64,000 bases of DNA, from the NCBI GenBank assembly GCA_030141605.1, contig JAQGDQ010000549.1, positions 80,982-144,981 of the forward strand, read 5' to 3'. The position numbers and the translations under genes are program-made. The notes beneath the pieces are model-generated. The model was not told the origin of the DNA and did not search any database. It saw only the letters and a list, made by a program, of their open reading frames with translations. The stretch comes from Tubiluchus corallicola (lineage: Eukaryota; Animalia; Priapulida). Positions 29,905-42,482 of the stretch are shown piece after piece (positions within the stretch are counted from its first letter, which is position 1; the number at the start of each line of letters is the position of its first letter).

Positions 29905-31090
29905 CATAGTCCAAATTATGGCCAAATTTTGATGAAATAGAGACTAACTGGATACAGCTGTCAAAGTTTCAGAAATATTTCCTAACGCCATTTTAACATT
30001 TTTTTACATTTTTACAAAATTTTGCATTTTGACGCGTTGTCCCGTGGCACTAAAAGTTCAAGAAATAGTCCTAGGTCACTAATCGTACAACCAAATGAAA
30101 GCCCACAAGCAATTTCCTATTGAACCCTAATAGTAGCCAAGTGTCAATCTGTGAACGTTATGGATATTTTTTAATAATAATAAATCTTTATTCAAGAAAT
30201 GAACGTATATACAAAAAGGTGCCTCTTTTTGCAGGCTCAGATCAACAATTTACATTTTCATATAACAAATCTTTTAAATATTTCCAGTTTCACCCTATGT
30301 ACAAGGAATAACATATTATACTTAAATTAGATTTAATTTCAAATGATTCACAAGTATTATACACATGAATTAAAAGTTATAAAGCTCCAAAGTGCAGGAC
30401 TATTTCTTGACTTTTTAGATTCCCGGGACAGCGGGCCAAAATGTAAAATTGTACAAACAAATGTCCAGAACGTGGTCAGAACGACCTAAAGAATCATTCC
30501 TGATAGTTTGGTAGCTGTATCCAATCAGTCCCGTTTTTGGCTAACAGACGGTTTAGTCTAGTGGTAATGCGTCTGCTTTCCGTCTGGGAGGTCGTGAGTT
30601 CGAACCAGCGGCCGGGTCATACCAAAGACTTTAAAAACGGGTACCTGCTTTGTCCTGCCTGACGCGTTGTATTTTAGGGTAATAATGTAGTTGTAGGTTG
30701 TTATTTACAGTCAGCGATAAAAGCTCTTTGAGCTAATGTTAATTGTTGACCCAAAAGCCGACTTTAAATAATAATAATAATAATAAACTACTGATTTTGT
30801 GAAATGGATACTCATGACGTATCCAAGGTCACTAATCATACCACCATACGAAAGCCCAAATGTATCTTCCTATTCGTCCCTAATAGTAATCAAGCGTCTA
30901 TCTGTGAACGTTTTGGAGTTACAAGCCTCCAAAGAACAGGATCATTTGTTGACCTTCTAGTGTTCGCGGACAGCGGGTCAAAATGCAAAATTTTATATAA
31001 ATGTCCAGAACGTTGTTAGAATGGCCTAATAGAGACTCATTCCTGAAAGTTTGGCAGCTGTATCCAGTCCCCTTTTTTCGGCTAACACGC
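29905..31090. mobile_element. Complex foldback-like repeat with internal direct and inverted modules, interrupted by the SINE
   Basis: 29945-30072 is the reverse complement of about 30395-30525. The module 30070-30165 + 30375-30545 recurs directly at 30823-31086. Confidence 0.6.
30547..30786 (+). mobile_element. tRNA-derived SINE (core resembles the Meta/MESC SINE domain)
   Basis: A box TAGTCTAGTGG (30554-30564), B box GAGTTCGAACC (30596-30606), core GGTCATACCAAAGACTTTAAAAA...GGTACC...CCTGCCTG, and a (TAA)n tail at about 30767-30786. The core assignment is from memory. Confidence 0.8.
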
Positions 31091-31574
31091 CGAACAATTC
31101 GATTAATCTTAACTATAGTTTGCAAATGGACCCTGTTTTCTCCAAGGCAGTATTATAGATTTGCTACACATCTTTCGGTTTTGCTCATATACACCACTTC
31201 TGATGGGAGCCTTAATTTAATTACGTAATCAGAACTGCTCTACGTCTTGGAGCCTTTCGGGAAGAAATATCCCGCTTTCCTTAGGGATAATTTTGCCGGC
31301 AACTTTTATATTTGACACAATGATATCAGGTAAGCCTTCTGACGAAATGCAATTTCAACAGTTTACCACAAATATTCTCAGTCATTGCACTGTGGTTGTC
31401 AAATATTTACATAGCGTCTCGACTGCGGGAATTCATCGACGAAAATGCACACAAATATGTCAGATTTCGATATGATTTTCTCGCAAAGATATTTGCCAAA
31501 AACGTTTGAGTAACGCTAGCGGCACGTATCACGCGATTTCAAGCTACAGAGAAAGAGTTAAGTGACTTATTCTT

Positions 31575-31704
31575 AAAGGAAAGAACAAGTCACTCAGTAT
31601 GCTGGGTTTATTTTACTGCTATCACTTAAACTGTTTGTGGTGTGCTAAAGGAAAGAACAAGTCACTCAGTATGCTGGGTTTATTTTACTGCTATCGCTTA
31701 AACT
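31575..31704. repeat. 72-bp period direct duplication
   Basis: AAAGGAAAGAACAAGTCACTCAGTATGCTGGGTTTATTTTACTGCTATC occurs twice. Confidence 0.9.
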
Positions 31705-32396
31705 TAGAAAAATATAACGAAGATAATTGCAGCGAGTGTGCTACGAATGCTCTAATTATTTTTCCAAACTTTACACAATGTTATCTAAACTTATTTCAAA
31801 CGATGTGCGGTCAAAATGACCCCGCCTAACGGTCACCGTGGATGTTAAATTACACAAGTTTTATGCAGCGTTACTACTAACGCAAGCCCTGTGCGCAATG
31901 TAATACAAAATTTTCAAACGAATTTTTTAAGATTTACGTAAGTAAACAGCTTTCTTGTTCTTTGAGACAAATTATACCTACTGCTTTTGAAATTTACCAG
32001 GAAAGCTATTTTTAGAGTGGCTACCACGTGGTTTTTCTATCTGCACTGACTGGTTGTTTCATATTGATCATGTCAGTTTTTCCAAGTCTTTGTAAACTCA
32101 TCTTCTCGGCAGCTTTCTTATAAAACTCAACGTTTTTATTTGCTGGACGGGATAAGCCGATGAAATGCAGCATCACGGAAAGCTTTTACTGAATCAGGAT
32201 GCTATTACTGAAAGGTTAAAACCAACAGATGCTGTGAAACGTCAGAATCTATCGTCCATCAAGTAAATAAGACTGCACCTGCGCCTTATAGCTACCGAAA
32301 AAATAAATAGGCCTACTGGTGTCTTGCTGACATGCTGCAGAGCTACAGGATAACTACTCAAAAATCAATAACTTCTGCAATTGAACTAAACATTAA

Positions 32397-32886
32397 CCCT
32401 TTCATCCCAAATTATTTTTTTAATAAAATTTTTTTTTGGCTTGGTACTTTTGTTCAGTATGTCCATCTTGTTTACACATAATAATTATTTTTTTCTACCT
32501 GTGCCCGCGTGCTAAATATAGCCTGTATCCCACGGGATACATTGGGATTCAATGGTTGCTAAACATGACTTTTTTAAAAACACAACAAAAGCAAAAAATG
32601 TGCTTCATTTTGCAACTGCTGATAATTTTTTAAAGTATTTCAGACATTTAGTGTGCATGCTATGCTGATCTGTACAAAGCCGTCTCTAAAGTACTGTACC
32701 TTGCGCAGTTTTTTATACTATGTAGATTTTCTAGTTTGCCATTTTATCACCATTTTTAGTCTATTGTTATTGGCTTAAATCAAAATAACTATTAACAGAT
32801 CAAATAACTGTCAGTTTTAAAATTTTATTAATTTTAAAGGCAGAAAATATTCTCGTATCCCACGGGATACAACGGGTATGAAAGGG
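32397..32886. mobile_element. piggyBac-like MITE
   Basis: TTAA|CCCTTTCATCCC ... GGGTATGAAAGGG|TTAA (perfect TTAA TSD, CCY..RGG termini). The subterminal palindrome GTATCCCACGGGATAC occurs twice (32525-32540, 32855-32870). Confidence 0.88.
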
Positions 32887-32890
32887 TTAA

Positions 32891-33146
32891 AGGAAAACTC
32901 GACCAAATCTTGAACTATAACTCATAACTATTTATTCTTTAAAACATTGAAAGGAAAACATACTCTTTTTTTCAAAAATGACTTAAATGAAAAAAATCAT
33001 TGCCACACAAACACAATTTCGCATTCGCTTCACTTGTATTTAATCTATTATTTAATAAGCAGAAACGCTTTTCCTGTATTATTGGTGTTAAAATGTATCG
33101 GACTTGAAATTGGGGTAGTACGTGAAAAAACTCATCATATCTTTCT
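32891..33146 (+). mobile_element. MITE family A, internally deleted copy with TTAA at both ends
   Basis: TTAA|AGGAAAACTC...family A 5' part fused to 3' part (TTTAATCTATTATTTAAT...GGACTTGAAATTGGGGTAGTA)...CTTTCT|TTAA. Confidence 0.75.
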
Positions 33147-34791
33147 TTAACTTGACTCAAAAAACGGCTCCCCTTCAAACGAAATAAGTAAATTGTTTCA
33201 TCGTTCTTAGTACAAAAGCTCTTCCTCTTAGTACAAGACTGCATATTATAGTTAAAGAACTATTTACTTACGAAACTTTAATGACAATGCAAACAACGAA
33301 AATCAATAATTTCTAAATCAAATTCATGCGAATTTTCCCCTAAAATTTTCAGTTTCGTAATAGTTGGGGAATAGCCTTCCTTTTACTCATAGATTCCCAA
33401 AAGAACAATGTCGGGCAAGGAACTACCAAACCAACAAATTTGCCTAAAGCGCATGCGCAAATAACTGTGACACTCCACAGAAATGGGAGATGGAAGGCAA
33501 CTTCAAGAGCTTCGGAACTGTTGAAAAATTGACCGCTTAGCGAACAATCAGTCACAGGAATCCATTTGCTAGGAATTGACTGATCGTTTGGCTTGAAATA
33601 AGATTGCTCTTCTTGGAACTAATCGTCTGAGCAACCATTCCCAGGACAATAAACATTCAGCGTGCTGGACTGCCACGTTTAACGAAATGAAAAGTAATAT
33701 TTCAACTTCGACTCGTTTGAAATTGAAGCTGAATATTGATGTTCAAGTAGGCACCGTTTTCACATTAATACTCGTTTCTTCCCGAAGTCAAACAAAAAGG
33801 TTTCCATTATTAACACTTGCAGCTACCGCTGATAGGTCCACGTAAAGTGATGGAAGTGGTGCTGATAAGCCACTGGCATAGCAGTGTCTAGCATACAGTG
33901 CAAACTTGCTTTACAATGGACCATTTTATATTAAGATCTTGTTGCTAAATTTGAGCAAAATGCGCCTTAAGTTTGGGCAGTTTTTTAGATTATAATTACT
34001 TGAGATTATGTTAATTTACATTTTTGTGTTACTAGACAGGGAACTTGCTTCATTAATAATCTTGATTTTAGCAATCACTTTAATACTGTTTGTTTAACAT
34101 CACTGTAAATAATGTTATATGCACCATTAAAAAAGCTAATTAATGAATGTGCAATATGTAATGTTGTAGAATTCACTCTGTTCATGTAAACTGTATGATA
34201 AAAGAGAAATAATTAATAAGATTTACATCTTTTAAAGGTTTTTTAAAAACTTTGCTACTCTGAGCGCAGATCAAGGGGGCACCAGGCACCACCAACAGAC
34301 TCAGGGAGCTGATTCCAGATTTTAATTATTCTTAAATAACTATGGAAGTTTTTGCTGAATTAATCAAAGTGGTTTATTTATGATATTGCAGCAATGATCA
34401 GGCTGAAATAACAACAACAAAATAATTACATATAATACTGCCATACCGCATAGAGTGTAAGTACAAATATAAATGTTTCGAATTATACTAATTTAAGAAT
34501 TGTTCCTTTAATCACAAAAGTAAAATTGCAAATAATATACCGTTCTAAATGTTAAACATCTGCTTGACACTGCATGGAGTTCTTATTGTTAAATGTGTTA
34601 AAAATTGCCTCCTGGCAAACAGCAATATGGGTGCCTTCATATGCTGAAATCTTCGAGATCCTCTAATTCTGTTTGAGAAAAAGTTTTTAAAACAACCAAG
34701 TCGGCAGTGAGCGGGCTGTAACTTCAAGCGATGACTCCTGGTTACAATAGATAAAGGTGCTTTGGTAAAAATACATCTTTGTTTATAGCAC

Positions 34792-35491
34792 TGTCACCAT
34801 GTAATATAGAATAACACATTGTCAGATCACAATGTAATATAGAAAAACACATTGCCAGATCACAATGTAATATAGAACAACACATTGTCAGATCACTATG
34901 TAATATAGAACAACACATTGTCAGATCACAATGTAATATAGAACAACGCATTGTCAGATCACAAAGTAATATAGAATCACACATTGTCAGATCACAATGT
35001 AATATAGAATAACACATTGTCAGATCACAATGTAATATAGAACAACACATTGTCAAATCACTGTGTAATATAGAACAACACATTGTCAGATCACAATGTA
35101 ATATAGAACAACGCATTGTCAGACCACTATGTAATATAGAACAACGCATTGTCAGATCACAATGTAATATAGAACAACGCATTGTCAGATCACAATGTAA
35201 TATAGAACAACACATTGTCAAATCACAATGTAATATAGAATAACACATTGTCAGATCACTGTGTAATATAGAACAACACATTGTCAGATCACAATGTAAT
35301 ATAGAACAACGCATTGTCAGATCACTATGTAATATAGAACAACGCATTGTCAGATCACAATGTAATATAGAACAACACATTGTCAGATCACTGTGTAATA
35401 TAGAACAACGCATTGTCAGATCACAATGTAATATAGAACAACACATTGTCAAATCACAATGTAATATAGAATAACACATTGTCAGATCACA
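34792..35491. repeat. 33-bp minisatellite, about 21 copies
   Basis: Unit CACAATGTAATATAGAACAACACATTGTCAGAT, containing the inverted pair ACAATGT/ACATTGT. Confidence 0.97.
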
Positions 35492-35519
35492 GTTCTACGA
35501 AGTTCGAGTGGCTCAAAAC

Positions 35520-35796
35520 GCTAATCGGTCAGTGTGTGACATACTGTCAAGTTTGCTATCAGTCAGGGTGTGACATACTGTCAAGTTTGCTATCAGTCAG
35601 GGTGTGACATACTGTCAAGTTTGCTATCAGTCAGGGTGTGACATACTGTCAAGTTTGCTATCAGTCAAGGTGTGACATACTGTCACGTTTGCTAATCAGT
35701 CAGGGTGTGACATACTGTCAAGTTTGCTATCAGTCAGGGTGTGACATACTGTCAAGTTTGCTATCAGTCAGGGTGTGACATACTGTCACGATTGCT
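35520..35796. repeat. 34-bp minisatellite, about 8 copies
   Basis: Unit GTGTGACATACTGTCAAGTTTGCTATCAGTCAGG. Confidence 0.95.
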
Positions 35797-36214
35797 CCTA
35801 GCAAATACTGCTTGCCGCTGTCGTCATCTCTTCCATTAATGATGATGACAAAAACTGCTATGTCTCTTTGAAAATTTCCCCGTTGATTGTATCAGCCAAA
35901 TTTTAACAGCTTTATTTGTTTATTGGGTCACCTTTGAATTTCTCCAGTCGTTAAGGTGCAAAAATGACGAAGTTGAATTATTTGGAAATTGCGATTTTGT
36001 GTGAATTGCGCACCCACAAGCTCTTTTATCGAATTTTTACGATTGAATCAATGCGTTGCCGTCACGCGAAGGACTAATAAAAGAGATTCCTTTTATTGCG
36101 TCTCCGACTATAAAAATCAGATTTTCACTGAGACTACTGACAATGACAACACAAAGGCTGGACAACAGAGATGCATCCTTCCAGCAGAACTTTCATGATA
36201 AGGGAAGCCACTAA

Positions 36215-36475
36215 AAACAGGATGATTTTTCTTATACTGTCCATTTTCAAGTCCGAACATATATAGTTTAGCACAATTAATACTGCAAAAGCATTTCTCA
36301 TAATTACATAATAGATTAAAATCTTAATTAATAGATACTAGCTAGCTGTTATAACTGTTACAACAGCGTGGGATTCGAGGCGTTGTCAAGTGTACACAAA
36401 TGCGTTGTCTGGTATACTTAACCTTCGACCTTTTCACGATCATCATCAATCGCTGGAAGTGTGAAAAGGCTTGTT
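36215..36475. mobile_element. Fused fragments: family A 3' end (minus, 36215-36330) joined to family B 3' part (plus, 36335-36475)
   Basis: ACAGGATGATTTTTC..CCATTTTCAAGTCCG..., followed by CTAGCTAGCTGTTA..GTTGTCAAGTGTACACAAATGC..ACTTAACCTT..GTGAAAAGGCTT. Confidence 0.7.
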
Positions 36476-36702
36476 GCCGTTACAATTGCTTTGAGCATGA
36501 CTTAAAACATTGAAACTAGAATTAGAGGTTAGTGCTTCCTAGTGGGTTTAAGTTTGGGGTTAGTAGCTTGCTACACGCGTAGATTATTTTTGGAGGATAC
36601 GTGGGTCAAGGTTCATTGGTTGCCATGCCAACTGGCTCAACGACAAAGCAGCAGACTGTTGGACTAATTACCTAAAAATTACCTAATTATCTGCAGTTTT
36701 CT

Positions 36703-37026
36703 AAATAAGTATGTTCTGTTTGGTTATTCTTCCTTGTATTCATTTTGCTTATCAAATTTTATATCATTTTCGTACAAGCAGACTAAAACACCATCCTAGT
36801 CACTGAGTTTTGCTTTCGGTGCATTTCAAAATAACTATGTTCTGCTGGGTTATTCTACCTCGTATTCATCTTGGCTATCAAATTTTATATCATTTTCGTA
36901 AAACTGGACTGAAAAGCGATCCTAGTCACCGAGTTTTGCTTCCAGTGCATTTCAAAATAACTATGTTCTGCTGGGTTATTCTACCTCGTATTCATCTTGG
37001 CTATCAAATTTTATACCATTTTCGTG
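36703..37026. repeat. 126-bp tandem repeat (about 2.6 copies)
   Basis: AAATAACTATGTTCTGCTGGGTTATTCTACCTCGTATTCAT... at 36703 (diverged), 36829 and 36955. Confidence 0.9.
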
Positions 37027-37504
37027 AAAGCAAACTTCATTATTTTCAACATCACGATACGCACATGATTATGCGTCAAGGGAATTGCCATTAATTTAGT
37101 TGCACGTCACAGACGACAAAAAGCACAATACGTTTTCGTGAGATGACAACTCTGATGAGAAAGCTAAAAGAGGAGCCCTGTCAGTTCAGCCATTTGCTGC
37201 AAATTTCAGAGATATGTAAGAACAATAACCGATGCTCGAATTGTCGTAATATTAGCAACACTAATTGTAATCGTAATTGCAATTTATCAGTGGCGGTTTC
37301 TAGCTAAAATTAGTGGGGGTGCTGATTCAGAAAATTTTTAGCCATTGTTTTAATACTGTGTAAAACGTAACAAACGTGTAATATTAATGTTGTAGTTATA
37401 TTAGAAGATCAGTTGTTGAACGGCCTCTTTTCTTAACTGCAACTTTCTCACGGAGAGACAGTTGTGAAAAATTATGCTGTTGTAGTTCACTTACTGTCGC
37501 AGAA

Positions 37505-38080
37505 CTCAATTCTTGCAACATTAACAATATTGCATTGAGCTACAGCACACATTAATACCTATTTTACTCAATTTTTACAACATTAACAATATTGCATTGA
37601 GCTGCAGCAACATTAATACTAATTTTAATCTATTCTTGGAACATTAACAACTTTGCATTGAGCTACAGCAACATTAATTCTTATTTATTCAATTCTTACA
37701 ACATTAACAACATTGCATTGAGCTGCAGTAGTGTTAATACATATTTTACTCAATTCTTACAATATTAACAATATTGCATTGAGCTGCAGCAACATTAATA
37801 CTAATTTTAATCTATTCTTGGAACATTAACAACTTTGCATTGAGCTACAGCAACATTAATTCTTATTTATTCAATTCTTACAACATTAACAACATTGCAT
37901 TGAGCTGCAGTAGTGTTAATACATATTTTACTCAATTCTTGCAACGTTAACAACATTGCTTCGAAATGCAGCAATACTAGTGCTTATTTCACTTATTTTC
38001 TGCAGCATTAACAACATTTTACTTAGCTGGTACAACAACATTAACACTTATTTGACTCAGTTACTTGCACATTAACAACA
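37505..38080. repeat. ~60-bp degenerate tandem repeat with a 3-mer (182-bp) higher-order duplication
   Basis: CAACATTAACAATATTGCATTGAGCTGCAG units; an identical block lies at 37601 and 37783. Confidence 0.88.
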
Positions 38081-38962
38081 CAGCACATTACTCAACAACA
38101 ACAACATTGGACAGAACAGCAGCTACGATTGTTCGCTGGAAACAACAATTTACATTGGAAAACTCATCAACTCTTCGTCTGACAGTGGCTGTAGTCGTTG
38201 CACGGAGCTGCTTAATGAATCTGTCAATGGGGATTGGAGCAGAGCTGAGATCACGTCACTCTGGCTTTCTGGATCGAGTAATTGATGAACAGCAAGACAA
38301 GCAAACTATATATTCTGCAGTTTAATTATCTGGTCAGTGGGCCAAATGTCTAATTTAAATGAGGTTTTGACTGAGAATAGTACAAAGAATGCCCACCAGC
38401 GTCGCTCGGATCCTCACTCGGAAATTGGCATTCTCTTAAAAAATGACAAACGCCTGGAAAGTGGCAATTATAGCAACTTTTTATATGAGTGCTAGTTAGC
38501 TTGTTTGGAGCCAATAAATGCAAAACTGCACGCAGGTTCAATCAGACAGATTGCTATCGCTCATTTGTAATCTTAATGAATGTGATGATTATCATTAATG
38601 ATGGAATAATTCCACAATGTTAATCTTGAATTTAAGATAATATAAATAATTGATTATTTGCCCACGGAAATTTGGAGCTTAAAATTAATCGAATAAGAAT
38701 CGTCTAATTAGTTAGAAACATTCAGGTATGAGCAGTACGCAAGCTTTATACAGCGTTGCTGCTAACGCAGGCTCTGTGTGCAATAAGACATCGTGTAAGT
38801 AAAATAAAATTTTAAGACGACTTTCATGCTTTATTTGTGAAGACTGTTTTCCTGTATTTATATTTTAAAGAAATTGACTTAGGGACACAATCAGTAGTTA
38901 AGCAATACTGCCAATACAAGATTTCTGCACCCAATACATTTATTAAAGTGATAACAGGAATT

Positions 38963-39140
38963 AGCCTTTTCACTGTTTCGTTGTGCGCACGCGCAGTTGC
39001 TGTAGGTCAAAGATTAAGTGTTAGCACAGCACCGCGTGTTAACTACAGCCGTCACGTGAATGTGTGTAAAGCAAAGCCGTCTGTCACATCAGTTCAATCA
39101 CTTCAGTTGTTTTACGTAGACTTTGCTTAATTATGCATTG
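38963..39140 (+). mobile_element. MITE family B, 5' fragment
   Basis: AGCCTTTTCACTGTTTCGTTGTGCGCACGCGCAGTTGCTGTAGGTCAAAG ... CTTAATTATGCATT, then the homology stops. Confidence 0.78.
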
Positions 39141-40825
39141 TGGTCGACCTGTTTAACGTTTTGTTCTACTCCAAGTGGCTTTCCACGTACCGTAAAGAGT
39201 TAAACTAACTTTAATTTTCATTTTACAACAGTAACATTCCAATCATCAGATGGGTGCTAATGGGATGCTGATATTGATTTCTTACCACCATTTGTCATAC
39301 GCATTTTATTGCGTCATAGACACATGGCTGCCACGCTGATGATACCCGGGGAACCGGTATGCTTTTCAGCGGTTCGTCGGTCATTAACTGTGGCTTCATT
39401 AGATACCGTTTTTCCTTCGATGAAGCCATGTAAGTGTAACCCAGTAATTACCCCTTCAGCTTGTTGAAGCCATGCAGTACGGTTGATACAGAATCAGTCA
39501 AGTTCAGTGGCAAAAGAAAAGTTGCAAGATCATTTAATGCAAAGCAAAGGTTTCTTTGAAACCGACACTTAGAATTTGCGTATTTGTCGCATAGCCTTTT
39601 AACACTAAAACGGTTTAAGCAACTGAGTAAACTGTCTCAGTGAACAAGTAATTCCCTTGAATGCACGTATGCGTAAACCGTTTCAGAATGTGAACAAATT
39701 ATTGCATGAATGGGTATAACACTTCAATTTATTATTCTAAATTTATTTCATACATTTAAAAGTACATAGCATTATATAAAAAATTAAAAAAACGCTCAGC
39801 TGTACTATAAAATTACGATAGAAACTAATAAAATATTTACATATATACATATGCAACCAGAAACAAAACATAAAAACACAAGACAAATCACTAAAAAATA
39901 CAATATACAGAGGCACAAAATCCAACAAAAGTCACCTTTGCAATGGTAAAAATTGTTGGTTTCATAATGCAAAACGCAGTTTGTACCAATTCGTTCATAA
40001 AACTGTATTGCGATATGCAGAGTAAACATACAATTTATCGATGATATCATTAGGTATTTCTGCCAGCCCATTACATAAAGGATGCTGTTATCTTTATTGT
40101 AATTACATCCTAGTTAGGAAAATTAAAATTTACAAATTTTTCGCGAATGCTGCATCTTCCCATAATATTTAAAGAGCCTACGAAATGCATTATTGTGGGC
40201 CACCTTTAAAAAAAGTGTAGCTGTTTTGGAAAAAGTTGCACCAAAGGCGCATGCGTAAAATTGATAATGAGGAATTACGTATGTTGTATTTGAGAGAGTG
40301 AAGCACCATTTATTTACATACTAAATAATACGTAAACAATACAGGTTTATAAAAATTAATTTTAAAACCTCTCAGTACGTTAAACATCCACTGTGTGCCT
40401 CTCCGTTTGAAAACCAGTAAACCACCTCAGTGTGAAAATGGACAAACCGTCTCAGTAAGCAGAGGAGTAAAGCATTTCAGTTTATGGATGAATAAACCAA
40501 TTCGTTTGCGGAAGAGTAAACCGTTTCGGGAAGTCTATGAACAAACCGCTTCAGTGTGTGAATATACCACATCAAAGTGTGACAACAGCAGCCATACACT
40601 AACGTACGTAAATAAACAAAGCATCTCTACACCCCATTCTTCCCGGAAAGACGGAAGAGAATAAAATTCCCTGTTGACAGACGTAAATGGCCTGGTAAGT
40701 CGTTTAGATGCAAACAAGACATTTTACTTGATTAAATTTCAAAACAAACGTGCAAAGACACGCGCTCAAATCAGAAAAGCTTTACACATTTATTTGCGTT
40801 TGTCAACATGCACGAGACCTGCTAA

Positions 40826-41227
40826 TAAGCCTTTTCGCAGTTTCGTTGTGCGCACGCGCAATTGTTGCAGGTCAAATGTTAAACTACCAGGCAACGCATT
40901 TGTATACACTTCACAACGCCTCGCAGGCCATCCTATTGTAATAGTAGCAGTTCTAACAATTAACTAGAACCTTGCCTAGTTCATTTTTTCTTGTTCTCAA
41001 GCAAGATCCTGCTAGTAAATTACCCTTAAGTGCAGACTAATGCATAATTAAATAAAGTCCTTATTTAAATTAATTAAATAAGTGACTTTACGGAACTGAT
41101 GCTGCAGACGACTTTGCTTTACATACATGTTGCGCGTCGAATGCAGTTAAGACGCGTTGCTGTGATACACTTAACCATTCATCTTCAGCAACTGCGCGTG
41201 CGCACAGTGAAACTTTGAAAAGGCTTT
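40826..41227 (-). mobile_element. MITE family B, full-length copy with long (~55-60 bp) imperfect TIRs
   Basis: Left AAGCCTTTTCGCAGTTTCGTTGTGCGCACGCGCAATTG versus right CAACTGCGCGTGCGCACAGTGAAACTTTGAAAAGGCTT; the interior is the reverse complement of the copies at 6270 and 10418. Confidence 0.82.
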
Positions 41228-41994
41228 TTAACAGACATCTGTAATTGTTTCTCTCATAAAAAATTAAGGAAATGAAGTTCTCATAAAATACATAAATACC
41301 CGCGCGGCAGTCTCTGGCAGGCATTTTTTCTATTAAACCGACAGTGAAATATTAAACCGGGTAGCAATATATAAATTATGCATATAAACAAACCGTGTTC
41401 TTACCAAAACCTTTGATTCCCTTGTTAGAAGCGTGCGATGGACATGGTAAAATATATTACATAAGCAAACGCAGATCAAAGTCTTTGGCGCCAATTTGCA
41501 AAATGAAACGCACCCGAGCGATAGATCGTCAGACTTGGGGGAAATTCGGATCTTGTTCTTAACGTTTTATGTAATTTTCTTCGGCGCACCGTTTCAACCA
41601 AAAGCAATCTTCCCGGAGATCGGCTCTTGCAAGGCTCATAAAATTGCGTTAACTGTCGACCTGACGAACTGGTCGCCGTGAATTTAAATAAGCTAATTTG
41701 AATCGAGTCGCTGAGCAAAGGCCGTGTCAAGATTGCGGAATTTTTTTATCCGGTAATCCTATTTAGAAAATGCGAACAGACGAGTGGCGGTAATGAAGTG
41801 GTTCGGAGTTAATATTGCAGTGATGAGAAGGTTATTGGACTGCAGTGTTTGTGTTAATTGTTTCTGTTGTCGTCAAATTATCTTCTTCTTTCTATAAATC
41901 ATTTAAGCATTTTACGCACATAAGTAACTCGGGTAAATTTAAAAAAAAATTGGTCGGCCAAGAAGGGACGTTTTGGAAAGAAAACATTTTGCAT

Positions 41995-42482
41995 TAGAGA
42001 GAAAGAGAAGGAAAAGAGAACGATAGGGGAGATTGAGGAATGTGGCAGCGAGAGAGAGAGAGGGGGAGGGAAAGAGAGAGGGAGAGGGAGAGAGATACAG
42101 ATGAAGAGGCAGAGTAACGAAGTGAGAGCTAGAGAGAGAGAGAGAGAGAGAGGGGGGGAGGGAAAGAGAGAGGGAGAGAGATACAGATGAAGAGGCAGAG
42201 TAACGAAGTGAGAGCTAGAGAGAGAGAGAGGGGGGAGGGGGAGAGAGAGGGAGAGGGAAAGAGAGAGGGAGACAGATACAGATGAAGAGGCAGAGTAACG
42301 AAGTGAGAACTAGAGAGAGAGAGAGAGAGAGAGAGAGTAGATAGGGAGGGAGAGGGAGAACGAGAAGGGAAAGGAGGGATAGAAGGAGATAGTGAGAGAA
42401 AGAGAGGGAGGATGAGGAAGTGAGCGAGAAAGTGACAAAGAGAAAGTGAGAGAGAGAGAGAGAGAGAAGAGGGAAAGAAAAA
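41995..42482. repeat. Purine-rich (AG)n tract with a triplicated internal unit
   Basis: AGATACAGATGAAGAGGCAGAGTAACGAAGTGAGA occurs three times within AG/GGA repeats. Confidence 0.92.

Noticed and set aside
30547-30620. Functional tRNA gene
   Set aside because: The tRNA-like head continues into a SINE core and (TAA)n tail, the acceptor stem is not intact, and there is no immediate oligo-T terminator.
34742-35479. 245-aa Cys/His-rich ORF (MCCSILHCDLT)n as a metallothionein-like protein
   Set aside because: It is the translation of a 33-bp minisatellite whose length is a multiple of 3. Unit variants are mostly amino-acid changing, and there is no supporting splice or promoter context. RNA-seq or proteomics would be needed to revive it.
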